A DNA stretch of 53,041 bases from Firmicutes bacterium UBA5473 (GTDB taxonomy: Bacteria > Bacillota > DTU084): the NCBI GenBank assembly GCA_002427165.1, contig DIQB01000129.1:1-53041 (forward strand), in the 5' to 3' direction. The translations under genes and the position numbers were made by a program. Under the pieces are notes generated by a model that was given only the letters and a program-made list of their open reading frames with translations, was not told where the DNA came from and made no database searches. Numbering within the stretch: the first letter of the stretch is position 1; every line of letters begins with the position of its first letter. This document shows, one piece after another, positions 19,628 to 30,164 of this stretch.

Positions 19628-22120
19628 TTGTATAAGAAATTATCTTTTTTGACTTTATTGACCCTCTTATTAATAGCTGCTAATAGACCCTGTCTATTAG
19701 CAAATGAAGGGGATAATATTGCTCTCGGGAAACAATATTCTTTTTCTGCGAACCCAAACTATGCTCTATGCACTGATAATGAGGATATTTTACAATTAAC
19801 AGATGGCGAATATGTAGAAGGTTATTTTTGGACACAAAGGGGAACTGTTGGTTGGACACGCGAAAAACTAATTTCAATAACTATCGATCTGGGCAAAGTA
19901 GAACCTGTTAAAGGAATATCTTTTAATACGGCTGCTGGAAGAGCTAGCTTTTTTTGGCCTAAGGCTATCTATATCTTTACTAGTGATGATGGAACTAACT
20001 TTTATTATGCTGGCGAATTAATTCATCTTCACGAGAAGGATTTACCTTCGCCCATGGAATATGCAGTATATCGATATAAGACCTGTAGACTTGAGACAAA
20101 AGGGCGATATGTTAGGTTAACAGTAATGCCCACTTGTGATTACATGGTTGTTGATGAAATTGAAATCTATCGAGGGCCCAATGATTTCCTCGGTCGTAGC
20201 CCAGGACGTAAAGTAGATGATTTAAATAAATTTTTAAAGGAAAATCTAGTTAAGGCTGCAGTTTTAAAGCGTATACGGCGGGACATTGCCCAAATAAGAA
20301 GGGACATTAATGCCTCTTCCATTCTTTTAACAACAAAACAAAGTTTGATTGCAGAACTTGATATCTTAGAAGCCGAAAGGTTAAGGTTAATAGTAGATGT
20401 GGGAGAAGATTTCAGAGCGACAATCCCACTTAATCCCTTACACGAGCGAGTATTTAAAATTAATGCTAAGCTTCGGAAAGCTCAGGGAGCAGAGAAGTTG
20501 GTTGTTTGGAAGAATAATCGTTGGGATATGTTATCGCCTACAGAGATTCCACCTGAAAGCAGTGGCATCTTACCTGAGTTAGAAATCGCTATGTTATCAA
20601 ATGAGTACAGAGCAGAGGCGTTTAATATAACAAACAGCTCAGAAGAGAAGTTAGCAGTAAAGCTAAAGATTGAAGGACTACCTGGTGGTTCTAACCCAGG
20701 CTACATAAAAGTTCACCAGGTGGAATTCGTCGATACTAGAGAAGAAATTGTTATTGCGGATGCCTTGCCTTTAGCAAGGCTTGTTAGCGGGGGGGTTGAA
20801 CTTGATATACCAGCTGGAATGACCCGACAGGTTTGGTTTACATTCAACCCACACGATGTTGAGCCAGGAACTTATCGGGGCCAAGTTGTCCTTGAGCCTG
20901 GTCATGAGATGGAGGCAATTAATCTACCATTATCTTTCAGGCTCTCTGCAATAAGTTTTCCTGATAGCCCCTCACTATCGTTGACCATGTGGGATTATGT
21001 AGATTATTTAACACGTGATTTGACCGAGGGTGTTCGTGTTCAGGCTATTGAAGATATGAGGGAACATTTTGTGGATTCACCATGGGCTTCAAGCATAACC
21101 GCTCCTTGGCCATCCTCAATCCAGAAAGTTGGAGATATAGTAGTTGGTATGGAAATGGATTTTACTAGATTTGACAACTGGGTTTCCGATTGGCATGGTG
21201 CAAGAAACTATATGATATATTTCGGCGATAAATCTACCTTTGGACCCGAAGGCGAAAGAGTACCGTATAATGATCCTCGATTTGAAGAGTTAGTTAGTTT
21301 TTGGGTCGCTGAGTGGGCTAAACATGTGAAAGAGATCGGTCTTGCTCCTTCACAAATAAACTTATGTTTGGTTGATGAACCCAGGACTGAAGAGCAAGAT
21401 TTGAAAGTCATTGCGTGGGGAAAAGCTATTAAAGCAGGTGCTCCTGAGTTTGTTATTTGGGAAAACCCACTTCATTCAGAACCGTGGAAGGCTAATCAGG
21501 AACTATTTAATGTATGTGATGTTATTTGCCCGAATTTGGCCTCGTATATAGATGGTGGGATAAGAAGTGCGAACTTCTATAGATCTTTGCGCGATGCAGG
21601 TAAAAACTTGTGGGTATACGAATGTAGGGTTGGTCGTGTTGGGGCCCCCTATTCTTATCATAGACTGCAAAAATGGATGGCTTGGGAGATGGGAGCGGTA
21701 GGCTCTGGATTTTGGACATATTCATCTGGAGGCGGAACATCTCCGTGGAATGACTATCTGGATATGGGTGGTCGTGTAAGTTACAGCCCTCTTTATTTCG
21801 ATAATGTTTCAATAACAACTGGCAAGCATTGGGAAGCGGTTCGGGAGGGAGTTGAGGACTATGAATATCTAAAAATCCTAAGCGATATGGTAGAAACGCT
21901 TGAAAAAGAAGGTTGTGATCAAGAGATATTAAATGAGGCAAGGCTCTTACTGATCGAAGCTCCCAAGCATGTATGGGAAAACTGGACTAGATCTTCTATA
22001 TGGTGGTGGATTTCCGATGAATTAGAGGATGCAGATGTTGCGGACATAGAGAGAATAAAGATATTGAATATGATAGAATCATTGTCAGATCTTATAGAGT
22101 CGGTTAGCGTGAAAAAATAA
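19628..22120 (+). CDS. Secreted discoidin/F5-8C (CBM32-like) + DUF4091/GH123-like putative glycoside hydrolase
   Basis: TTG start and signal peptide. NIALGK..LTDG..ITIDLG..GRYVRL..DEIEIY discoidin pattern; VDEP; LWVYEC; WEAVREGVEDYEYL. Confidence 0.72.
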   Translation: MYKKLSFLTLLTLLLIAANRPCLLANEGDNIALGKQYSFSANPNYALCTDNEDILQLTDGEYVEGYFWTQRGTVGWTREKLISITIDLGKVEPVKGISFNTAAGRASFFWPKAIYIFTSDDGTNFYYAGELIHLHEKDLPSPMEYAVYRYKTCRLETKGRYVRLTVMPTCDYMVVDEIEIYRGPNDFLGRSPGRKVDDLNKFLKENLVKAAVLKRIRRDIAQIRRDINASSILLTTKQSLIAELDILEAERLRLIVDVGEDFRATIPLNPLHERVFKINAKLRKAQGAEKLVVWKNNRWDMLSPTEIPPESSGILPELEIAMLSNEYRAEAFNITNSSEEKLAVKLKIEGLPGGSNPGYIKVHQVEFVDTREEIVIADALPLARLVSGGVELDIPAGMTRQVWFTFNPHDVEPGTYRGQVVLEPGHEMEAINLPLSFRLSAISFPDSPSLSLTMWDYVDYLTRDLTEGVRVQAIEDMREHFVDSPWASSITAPWPSSIQKVGDIVVGMEMDFTRFDNWVSDWHGARNYMIYFGDKSTFGPEGERVPYNDPRFEELVSFWVAEWAKHVKEIGLAPSQINLCLVDEPRTEEQDLKVIAWGKAIKAGAPEFVIWENPLHSEPWKANQELFNVCDVICPNLASYIDGGIRSANFYRSLRDAGKNLWVYECRVGRVGAPYSYHRLQKWMAWEMGAVGSGFWTYSSGGGTSPWNDYLDMGGRVSYSPLYFDNVSITTGKHWEAVREGVEDYEYLKILSDMVETLEKEGCDQEILNEARLLLIEAPKHVWENWTRSSIWWWISDELEDADVADIERIKILNMIESLSDLIESVSVKK

Positions 22121-22498
22121 CATGCTTTGGGGTGAAAAGAGGAGTACTAAACCAAGGCCTTTAAAAGACCCAATAAATTCCATATTATTTGTGCCGCCAG
22201 CGTAGCGGCGGAATGGAGGTTTTTATGAGGCTTCTTTTACTGAACTGTGGCGTAGGTATAAAAACGCGGGAGCCTAGGTAGCATATTAGCTTGTAGAAGG
22301 ATAGTCTTAAAGCGAAGTTACCAAAAGCAAAATTAAAATATGCTTTTTTGTTGGTACTCAGCCAAACATGTTATTATTTATGAAATTTTAGGTTATAGGT
22401 AGGGGGTGATAGCATTTAAGTTTTTCGTGGGTTTTACTCATTAGGATAATCATATTAAGGCTAAGAGCAGCATGAGATTTTAAAATGGAGGTATCGAA

Positions 22499-24775
22499 AT
22501 GAAAGGGAAGAGTAAAGTTTTTTTGATAATGTTTGTACTTATGATAATGAATACTTGCTGGGTAGCAGCGGAAACAAAAATTACGCAAGCTGTTTTTTTC
22601 CCACAATATACTAAAGACAAACTTAGTATGTCTAAAAGTCTTGATGCGATTTGGCAAAAGGCGCCACAAGTTGAACTGAAGGATTATAAAACAGGTGAAC
22701 AACCGAAGAAAAAAACGGTGGTAAGGACACTATATGATAACGATTTCCTTTATATTGTGTTTGAATGTGAAGAACCAGAGCCAAAGAAATTGAAAGTAGA
22801 ATGCACAGAACGAGATCAGGCAGTTTGGCGAGACGATTGCGTTGAAGTATTTCTTTCTAGTTTTCAGCAGGGGACCCCTTATGCGCATTTTATTGTTTCA
22901 GCGGCTGGTGTGATATGCGATTTGTGGGACAGAAATAGTGGTTGGAACCCGGATTATGAAGTTGTAGCTTGGTCGGGGACTCAAGACTGGTGGGTAAAAT
23001 TAAAAATACCTTTTAAGCTTTTTGAAACAACACCACAGACAGCCCCGATTTGGAAAGCGAACTTTTGTCGTGAAGAAAAGGGTCTTGGAGAACTTACTTC
23101 TTGGCGAAAAGCAGCTAATGGATTTAATGATCCTACATCCTTTGGGGACCTAGCTTTTATTACACCAGAAGAATATGCTAGCAGCCAAAAAATCGTTAAC
23201 CCTAAAGTGCCTTTAAATGAATCAGGTTATGTAATTTGGAAGGAAAGCCCTTTGAAGACCTCATTTGTAGACTCGAAACCGGAAGATTTGTTCAATGATT
23301 GTAAATCTCTACAAGTAAAAGTTTGCCAGAATCAGAAGACATGTGCGAAAGTAATGGTGACAAATTTAAGTGAAGTTTCATTAACATTTCGTGTTGAACC
23401 GTTTGAGATAAAGCAGCTAGATAAAAAAAGTACTGAATATGATTTTCATAGACTCTTTACTTTTAAGGAGGCAATACCTCGACATAATAGTCATTATCAA
23501 AGACAGCTAGATCCGCTTTGCCGACTCAACGAAGGCAATATTATTTCTATTCCTGCCTTTGAAACTAGAGCCCTTTGGATTGATATAAAGGGTCAGCTTC
23601 CGCCAGGACAGTATCAAAGTACGATTGCTTTTATACCGGTAGATAATAATAAACCCTCAAAAAAGGTTACACTCAATGTGAACATTCTTGATTTTAAGTT
23701 CCCCGAAGTACTACCTGTTGATACCTTTCTTTGGGGGCCTGCGGTCACCAGTAACGGAACATGGCCGAATAACCGGGTAATTGGTAAGGAAGAAGCATAT
23801 TATGGGGTAGCATCTGAGTATCATTTAAAGTATCTACATGCTATTTTTCCTACTTCCGCTATTGAGGGAGGCCCCAATGGACCGGTAATAAATAAAGGAC
23901 GAGAACATTATCTGAACGACGCTCTATTAGCTGCAAAAAAGAACGGCAAAATTATATATAGTTCTGCAGGCTTTTTCATGGATTTCGATAAAAGAATCAG
24001 GGCGAGAGGATTTAGTGGTCCTATTTTTGAGGAACAATGGGTTGAGTTGTTTACAGAATGGATAAATACATGGTTTGGATATTTGAAAGAAGTTGGCTTA
24101 ACCTTCGATGATTTTATGATCCAAATCATAGATGAACCGAGAGCTGATGATATTGAGGGAGTATATCGCTGTGGCAAACTTCTTAAAGAAATAGCACCGG
24201 AATTAAGAATTATGTGTGATATAGCTGCCTGGTCAACAATTGAGGAAATCAAACGATTAGATCCGGTAATTGATTTTTGGGTACCTTATGAACAACGTTT
24301 ACATTCAGTTCCGACAGCCGAGGAAGAATTAAAATTCTTCCAAAGTACAGGGAAGCCATTTGCTCCGTATTTGTGTTCAGTACGTAATGATGTGCAGCCC
24401 TTGCTCGGTTACTATCGTTTTCGCGGAATCCGTTCATGGCTATTAGGAGCTAGTGGAATTTTTATGTGGCCATTTAATTATTGGAGAGGGAACTCTTGGG
24501 ATCCGTCGGATGTGATAAAGGACAGTGGTGCCAAAGATGAAGGAATCTTCTACCATGGCGATTATGGTCCAATCCCTAGCGTTCGCGGAGAAGCTTTGCG
24601 GGAAGGAATTGAAGATTATTACTTAATATCGATTGCCAATGAAAAATTAAAAGCGGGAACACTTCCTGCAGAGGCAGCTATGCTTATCTCTGAAGAATAC
24701 CTTAAAAAATTAATGAGCAATAATAACCCGGATGAGGTTGAAGAATGGCAAAATCTATTAGCCTCATACCTATAG
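22499..24775 (+). CDS. Secreted CBM9-like + DUF4091/GH123-like putative glycoside hydrolase
   Basis: Signal peptide. YDNDFLYIVFEC..RD..VW.DDCVEVF..ANFCRE CBM9-like pattern; IDEP; PSVRGEALREGIEDY. Confidence 0.72.
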   Translation: MKGKSKVFLIMFVLMIMNTCWVAAETKITQAVFFPQYTKDKLSMSKSLDAIWQKAPQVELKDYKTGEQPKKKTVVRTLYDNDFLYIVFECEEPEPKKLKVECTERDQAVWRDDCVEVFLSSFQQGTPYAHFIVSAAGVICDLWDRNSGWNPDYEVVAWSGTQDWWVKLKIPFKLFETTPQTAPIWKANFCREEKGLGELTSWRKAANGFNDPTSFGDLAFITPEEYASSQKIVNPKVPLNESGYVIWKESPLKTSFVDSKPEDLFNDCKSLQVKVCQNQKTCAKVMVTNLSEVSLTFRVEPFEIKQLDKKSTEYDFHRLFTFKEAIPRHNSHYQRQLDPLCRLNEGNIISIPAFETRALWIDIKGQLPPGQYQSTIAFIPVDNNKPSKKVTLNVNILDFKFPEVLPVDTFLWGPAVTSNGTWPNNRVIGKEEAYYGVASEYHLKYLHAIFPTSAIEGGPNGPVINKGREHYLNDALLAAKKNGKIIYSSAGFFMDFDKRIRARGFSGPIFEEQWVELFTEWINTWFGYLKEVGLTFDDFMIQIIDEPRADDIEGVYRCGKLLKEIAPELRIMCDIAAWSTIEEIKRLDPVIDFWVPYEQRLHSVPTAEEELKFFQSTGKPFAPYLCSVRNDVQPLLGYYRFRGIRSWLLGASGIFMWPFNYWRGNSWDPSDVIKDSGAKDEGIFYHGDYGPIPSVRGEALREGIEDYYLISIANEKLKAGTLPAEAAMLISEEYLKKLMSNNNPDEVEEWQNLLASYL

Positions 24776-25087
24776 CCTTTCTTGAATTCTTAGCGGGAAG
24801 GTATCAAGGGAAAAAATTCAAATCATTGCAAACGTTAAGGTCAAGTTAGTATAAAAATGACCATAGGTTATTGGCAGATAGCATTTGTATGAAGAGAGGT
24901 AATATCTTGATCTAAAAAAATTTAGGAGTATTCCACTAAAGGCATTCATAAATTGTTTCTGCTAATTCTGTGCAACTAAGGTTAGGGAACAGTTTAATAA
25001 TTTTTTGAATCTCTTTGATCTTGCCCAACCAACGACCTACGAATAAAACTTTATTTTAGCACGAATTAGTTCCTTTTCTTTACTAAT

Positions 25088-25124
25088 GATAACATGCTTT
25101 GGTTCTTGGCCAAAGCATGTTATC
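25088..25124. terminator. Perfect 15-bp inverted repeat (possible terminator)
   Basis: GATAACATGCTTTGG - 7 nt loop - CCAAAGCATGTTATC. Confidence 0.6.
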
Positions 25125-25440
25125 TCATTTGGCCGAAATTTGAATTATCCACTTTACGAACTTGTATTTCATAAAGGTCATGTTTGGTAAACTCCTACTG
25201 GACAAATCGCCCTTGGTAATGGTTTTCGTCAAAAGATTATATTTGAGATATTAAGCAGCCGTTTCCGGGATTTTCAAGCCATGCGTCTGAAATATTTTTT
25301 ATGATACAATGCTGTTTTCGGTCAATTATAGCTAATAAGTATTGGACAAGAGCCGATACCTGGGGGTTGTCCAGCACTTTTGAAAAATTAATAATCATTA
25401 AATGCCTAAGGGGTTGAGTAGTAACAATTATATTCTGGGG

Positions 25441-25484
25441 AGGAATTTCTAAAAACATGTTGAATATATTAATTACACGTGTAA
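25441..25484 (+). promoter_or_regulatory. Sigma-H-like promoter followed by the palindromic operator TTACACGTGTAA (probable LacI autoregulatory site)
   Basis: AGGA(25441)-N17-GAAT(25462); perfect CG-centred 12-bp palindrome at 25473-25484 just upstream of the LacI gene. Confidence 0.65.
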
Positions 25485-25502
25485 CTTGATTGTGGTGATA
25501 AA

Positions 25503-26588
25503 ATGAGTAAGCAAATTACGAGCGAAATGGTTGCTAAAAAAGCTGGCGTATCAAGGGCGACAGTCTCACTTATTCTGAATGGCCACCTTAACAGAGTGGG
25601 TGATGAAACTCGCAAAAGAGTTTTAAAAGTTATGGATGAGCTTGAATATAGACCTAACTTGCTAGCTAGAACAATGAAAACCAAACGTTCTCAAATAATA
25701 GGAATTATCGTTGAAGGTATTGCTGAAGGATGGTTTACCAAAATCTTTTTTGGAGCTGAAGAGGAATTACGCAAAAAAGGTTATCAGCTTCTATTATCTA
25801 GTCTTCTTTTTCAAAAAAGCTCAGATAAAAATTTATGTGATGCTGTTGAATTATTACTCTCAAGGCAGGTTGATGGAATAATCCTTATTACGAGCTCCAT
25901 AGATAGAGAAATCACACCACTGAAAAGTATTATTAGTTCAGAAATACCATTGATCTTGGTAAATTTTTATCCAACAAAGGAAGTTCAAGTACCAAAAATT
26001 TACCTTGACTATGTGGAAGCTGGGAAAATTTCAATACAGCATTTTCATTCTCTAGGGAAAAGGAAAATTGCATATATTGGCACAGATAATCTGGCAAACC
26101 TGAGCTCGAATATGCGCAAAGAGGTGTTAAGAGGCTATAAAAAGGGCTTAAAAGAATTTGGTTTACCCTATATTCCGGAGTTTATAAAAATAAAAGAGGT
26201 AAATATTGACAGTTCTCCTCGCGAAAGATTAAAGTTTTCGAAGGGGAGACTAAGTTGTGAGATGGGCAAGAAAGCTATGGAAGAAATCCTTACCTTATCT
26301 GAACGACCAGATGCTGTTTATTGCATGCATGATCATATAGCTTATGGCGCAATAGCTGCTATACAAGCGGAGGGTTTGAAGATTCCAGAAGAAGTAGCAG
26401 TAATTGGTAATAACAATTTAGAACCCTCGGAATTTATAGTTCCAGGTTTGACTAGTATTGATATGCAATTAGATAGATGTGGATATTTAGCAGCAAGATC
26501 TATGTTGAAGTTACTTGAGGGTGAAGAAGTAGAAATGGAAGTATTAGGCCCGGTTTCTTTAGTGGTTCGTTCGTCTACTGTGATTTAG
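25503..26588 (+). CDS. LacI family transcriptional regulator
   Basis: HTH ITSEMVAKKAGVSRATVSLILN, YRPNLLAR hinge, RPDAV, IPEEVAVIG and PGLTSI motifs. Confidence 0.96.
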   Translation: MSKQITSEMVAKKAGVSRATVSLILNGHLNRVGDETRKRVLKVMDELEYRPNLLARTMKTKRSQIIGIIVEGIAEGWFTKIFFGAEEELRKKGYQLLLSSLLFQKSSDKNLCDAVELLLSRQVDGIILITSSIDREITPLKSIISSEIPLILVNFYPTKEVQVPKIYLDYVEAGKISIQHFHSLGKRKIAYIGTDNLANLSSNMRKEVLRGYKKGLKEFGLPYIPEFIKIKEVNIDSSPRERLKFSKGRLSCEMGKKAMEEILTLSERPDAVYCMHDHIAYGAIAAIQAEGLKIPEEVAVIGNNNLEPSEFIVPGLTSIDMQLDRCGYLAARSMLKLLEGEEVEMEVLGPVSLVVRSSTVI

Positions 26589-26749
26589 AGGAGAACTGTA
26601 ATTTTAATTTAGGATTTAAATTATATATTGCGATAAGGAGGATATTTTTTTATAAAAACGGGAGCGATAATCTTGCATTCTCGATGTTTTTACCCCCGTT
26701 TGGTAAGTCAATCTCGATTAAACCAATCTTATTTAATTCATTTAGTATT

Positions 26750-28219
26750 TTACAAGCTGATTTGTTTACTTTTTTCCCTTGAGCAATGTATTCGATTGCG
26801 ATTGTTACGAAGTAGGCTAAAACACAAATATAAATATGACCTTTTACTCTTTCTTCTTTTCAATGATACATCGGCCTAATATCTATGTTGTTTTTTATAG
26901 TCCGAAATGCGGTTTCCATTGCATTGAGATCTTTAAAAATCTTGACTAGTTTTTCACCTTCGAAATCAGGATGATCAGTCTGGATAACAAAAGTACCATC
27001 TAATCGTTTGTCTGATTCAATCTTAGTTTCATCAGTGGTATATTCCAACACAAATCCCAAAGGGCAATTTAAATCATCTTTGGTGTTTACCTTAAAATAA
27101 TTTCCGGTTTTTTTGCTTTTCAAGATACCTCCTACTTTTTTAAGGATATCTTCCTTTGTTTTAAGCCGTTTTTGTTTACCTTTGATTAATGATGCGTTTA
27201 ATGCTTCAAGTTGCTCACAAATATCTTTTATACTTTGCTTTCTAAATTCTGTGTCTTCAGTTCGCTTTTCGGTATTCAAGTATCTAGCATTTGATTTTCA
27301 TTAATGTCTATACATCTCAAGTACTTCTTGCTCCAGGCCCGGGGGATTGTCATAATATATTGTTGCTTTTCTTCGAGAATAGCATCGATGTTCTTTTTGC
27401 TCAACATGCCTCTATCTCCCACAAAAATAAACTCCTCAATGGGGTAGTTAGCCCTGATTTCCTTGATAATATCAGAAACGGTTGTTTTATCAGCCGGTGA
27501 ACCTGGGTAAATATTACACTTTATAGGAAAACTCTGGTGTCGTTACAAGACCTATCACTAGTTGTTCGCGATCTTTTCGATGGTCGCGGGAATAGCCATA
27601 TTCCGCTCAAAATACATTTGTGGCTTTCAAAATAACTGCTGGTTATATCGTAATAAAGTTCTTGCATGTTCTGTTGAAAAAGTGATTGGGCCCATGTATA
27701 AAGGCTTGGTTCAACCAAAGAAAAATTATCCGTAAGAACCTCTAGAGAACGATAAATAGTTCGGAGATCATGTTCGGTTTTCCCTTCGCCTAAGAAGTGT
27801 GAAATAGGAGTTCCGTCTAGCCACTCAGTAAGGGCTAGTTTACTATCGGGTTGAATAATTCGTTGGAAAATCATGGCATTAATACATTTCAGAGCAGTAG
27901 GAACTGAAATATGGTCATCATTAGAAACAAAGGAGTCTCTAAATGTCGGGAACATGTCTAGATATTCAAAGATACTATTGATAAGATAGAAGGATCCGTA
28001 TGGCACAGCACTAGGAAATTCTACTTTATTGAGGTTGGTAAAGGAGTCAAAGTCTTTGGAATAAACGATTTTAAGCTTTTCAGCAGTCTCTTTGCCTACA
28101 CTGCCAAAATAATTAATTCTTCTATGTTTGACCTTGCCATCTTCGCGGTATGCTTCGACTAATTCGGCATAGTAATAAATCTTTTCACCTTTTGTACGTG
28201 GTGTAACTTTTACGAACAA
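26750..28219 (-). mobile_element. IS1634 family transposase, frameshifted pseudogene
   Basis: ELVEAYREDGKVKHR N-terminus and YYDITSSYFE; then YGYSRDHRKDREQLVIGL and FVGDRGM in shifted frames; ETAFRTIK..IRPMYH C-terminus. Split over ORFs 27521..28219 and 26860..27279. Left boundary approximate. Confidence 0.9.
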
Positions 28220-28235
28220 TGCTATCTCCTCCTGA

Positions 28236-28605
28236 TTGGCAGAGGGCTTTCAGTTGGCAGCCGGCCCTCAGGGTCCAATAGTGCTTTCAGGCCGGGATGT
28301 GCGCAAGCTTCAACTTGCCAAAGGAGCGATCAGAGCAGGCATTGAGATTCTGCTTTCGGTGGGAGGCGTGGATTACCAAGAGCTGGATGAGATTATCCTG
28401 GCTGGAGCTTTTGGCAGCTTCCTCAGAAGGGAGAGTGCGCTGAAAATGGGGCTTTTGCCTCCAGTGGAGCCGGAGAAAGTGCAGAGCGTAGGCAATACTG
28501 CAGGAGAAGGAGCAAGCAGAGGAGCTGGCACAAAAGCTTGAGTATATAGAGCTTGCCGGTAGGGCTGATTCTCAGGAACGTTTCATGGAGGGGATGCTTT
28601 TTTAA
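28236..28605 (+). pseudogene. C-terminal fragment of an ASKHA/RACo paralog (diverged copy of ~41870-42280)
   Basis: GRDVRKLQLAKGAIRAG..LAGAFGS match. An internal deletion shifts the frame before AAGCTTGAGTATATAGAGCTTGC..TTCATGGA.GGGATGCT. No 5' part. Confidence 0.9.
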
Positions 28606-28649
28606 TACAAAACAAGTTTAAACTTCATAAAATTTTTTGTTAAGAAGGA

Positions 28650-28698
28650 AGGATTTTTATAGCAAACGTGGAATTATATATTTAGTTACACGTGTTAC
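28650..28698 (+). promoter_or_regulatory. Second sigma-H-like promoter plus operator copy GTTACACGTGTTAC
   Basis: AGGA(28650)-N17-GAAT(28671), then a near-identical palindrome at 28685-28698; same layout as upstream of the LacI gene. Confidence 0.6.
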
Positions 28699-29276
28699 TA
28701 GGCGGCTAGGTATAGTAAAGATTCTATGAAAAAGATCAATTTAGAAAGGGAGGTCAGGAGTTTAAAGGACAGTGGGCGATTACATGGAATGGAAATGTTT
28801 TAATAATAAAGAGAAAAGCTTATCACCTCGTTAAATAACATTTTTCACGGTAACATTTTGGAGACTTGTTTAAAAAAGATGTTCAGGATAAGGTAAGTAA
28901 AAAAATATAAAGCAGACAAAGATCATTACACTGGCATTAACTTTATTTATGCACATTTTAAAACATGTATAACGAACATATGAATAATCACCCTTGGTTA
29001 TCAGCAAATAAGAAGCATTATAACATATCTTGTGGATATAAAATATGATGTGCGGCTTGATAACCCTGAAAAGGAATTGTTAACTCATCCCCGAACAAGG
29101 TGGGGGTAAGATAAGTATTCTTGTACCTGGGACCTAGCCAGATATTGTTTTAATTGTTTTAGTTCTTTTTTTAGGGGAGATGGGTTTGACCGATAACTAT
29201 CTTTCAATATTGAGAACCATTTAAAGCTGAATAAAGCTTAGTTGGATTAAAAGGGAGAACAGTTATACAGAGATTA

Positions 29277-29312
29277 GCCGAAAACCCCGCCAGCTTGCTA
29301 CGGGGGATGAAG
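29277..29312. mobile_element. Possible isolated IS200/IS605/IS607-type element end
   Basis: AAACCCCGCCAGCTTGCTACGGGGGATGAA hairpin resembles the subterminal palindromes of tnpB-carrying elements; no tnpA or tnpB nearby. Confidence 0.35.
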
Positions 29313-29396
29313 GTGTCACTTCTTGTGGCATGGAGAGCGTCAAGATTGCCTTGAAGGCGGGGCCCCTCCAAGGCAATCTCAAAAAATTATAAGGAG

Positions 29397-30164
29397 ATGG
29401 TTTTATTGTCGTCTATAGCAGCACAACTATATACCGTACATGATTTTATGCAAACTCCAGCAGATATTGCCAAAAGTTTAAAAAAGGTTTCAAAGATAGG
29501 TTATAAAGCTGTACAGGTTTCTGGTTTAGGACCCATAGACACTAAAGAATTAAAAAGCATTCTAGATGGTGAGGGACTAAAGGTATGCGCTACTCATGTT
29601 AAATTCGATAAGCTGAAGGAAAATATTAATGAAGTTATAGAATATCAAAGGATTCTGGATTGCGATTTTGTGGCTATCGGAAGCATGCCTGAAGAATATC
29701 GAAATTTAGAAGGCTTCACGAGATTTGCTAAGGCTATCAATCCTATTGCAAAACATCTTAGTGAGGCAGGATTGGTTTTTGGTTATCACAACCATAGTTT
29801 TGAACTTCAAATATATGGTAACAAAACTGGACTGGAAATCTTCTTTGAAGCATGCGATCCTAAATATGTTACCGCTGAGTTTGATACACATTGGCTACAA
29901 AACGCTGGTGCAGATCCTATTGCTTGGATCAGGGAGTTTAGAGGTCGTGTTCCTGTAATTCATCTAAAAGATATGACTATAGTAGATAACGTCCCAATTA
30001 TGGCCGAAGTCGGGGAAGGCAATATGAACTGGCAGGGCATATTAGATGAATGTAGGAAATCCGGTACAAAGTGGTATGCAGTTGAACAAGATATATGTCG
30101 GCGCGATCCATTCGAAAGTTTAGCCATAAGCCTCAGAAATTTAAGAGGGATGGGATTAAAGTAG
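29397..30164 (+). CDS. Sugar phosphate isomerase/epimerase (xylose isomerase-like TIM barrel)
   Basis: AAQLYTV, YHNHSFE, EFDTHW, IHLKD, EVGEG and VEQD motifs. Confidence 0.93.
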   Translation: MVLLSSIAAQLYTVHDFMQTPADIAKSLKKVSKIGYKAVQVSGLGPIDTKELKSILDGEGLKVCATHVKFDKLKENINEVIEYQRILDCDFVAIGSMPEEYRNLEGFTRFAKAINPIAKHLSEAGLVFGYHNHSFELQIYGNKTGLEIFFEACDPKYVTAEFDTHWLQNAGADPIAWIREFRGRVPVIHLKDMTIVDNVPIMAEVGEGNMNWQGILDECRKSGTKWYAVEQDICRRDPFESLAISLRNLRGMGLK

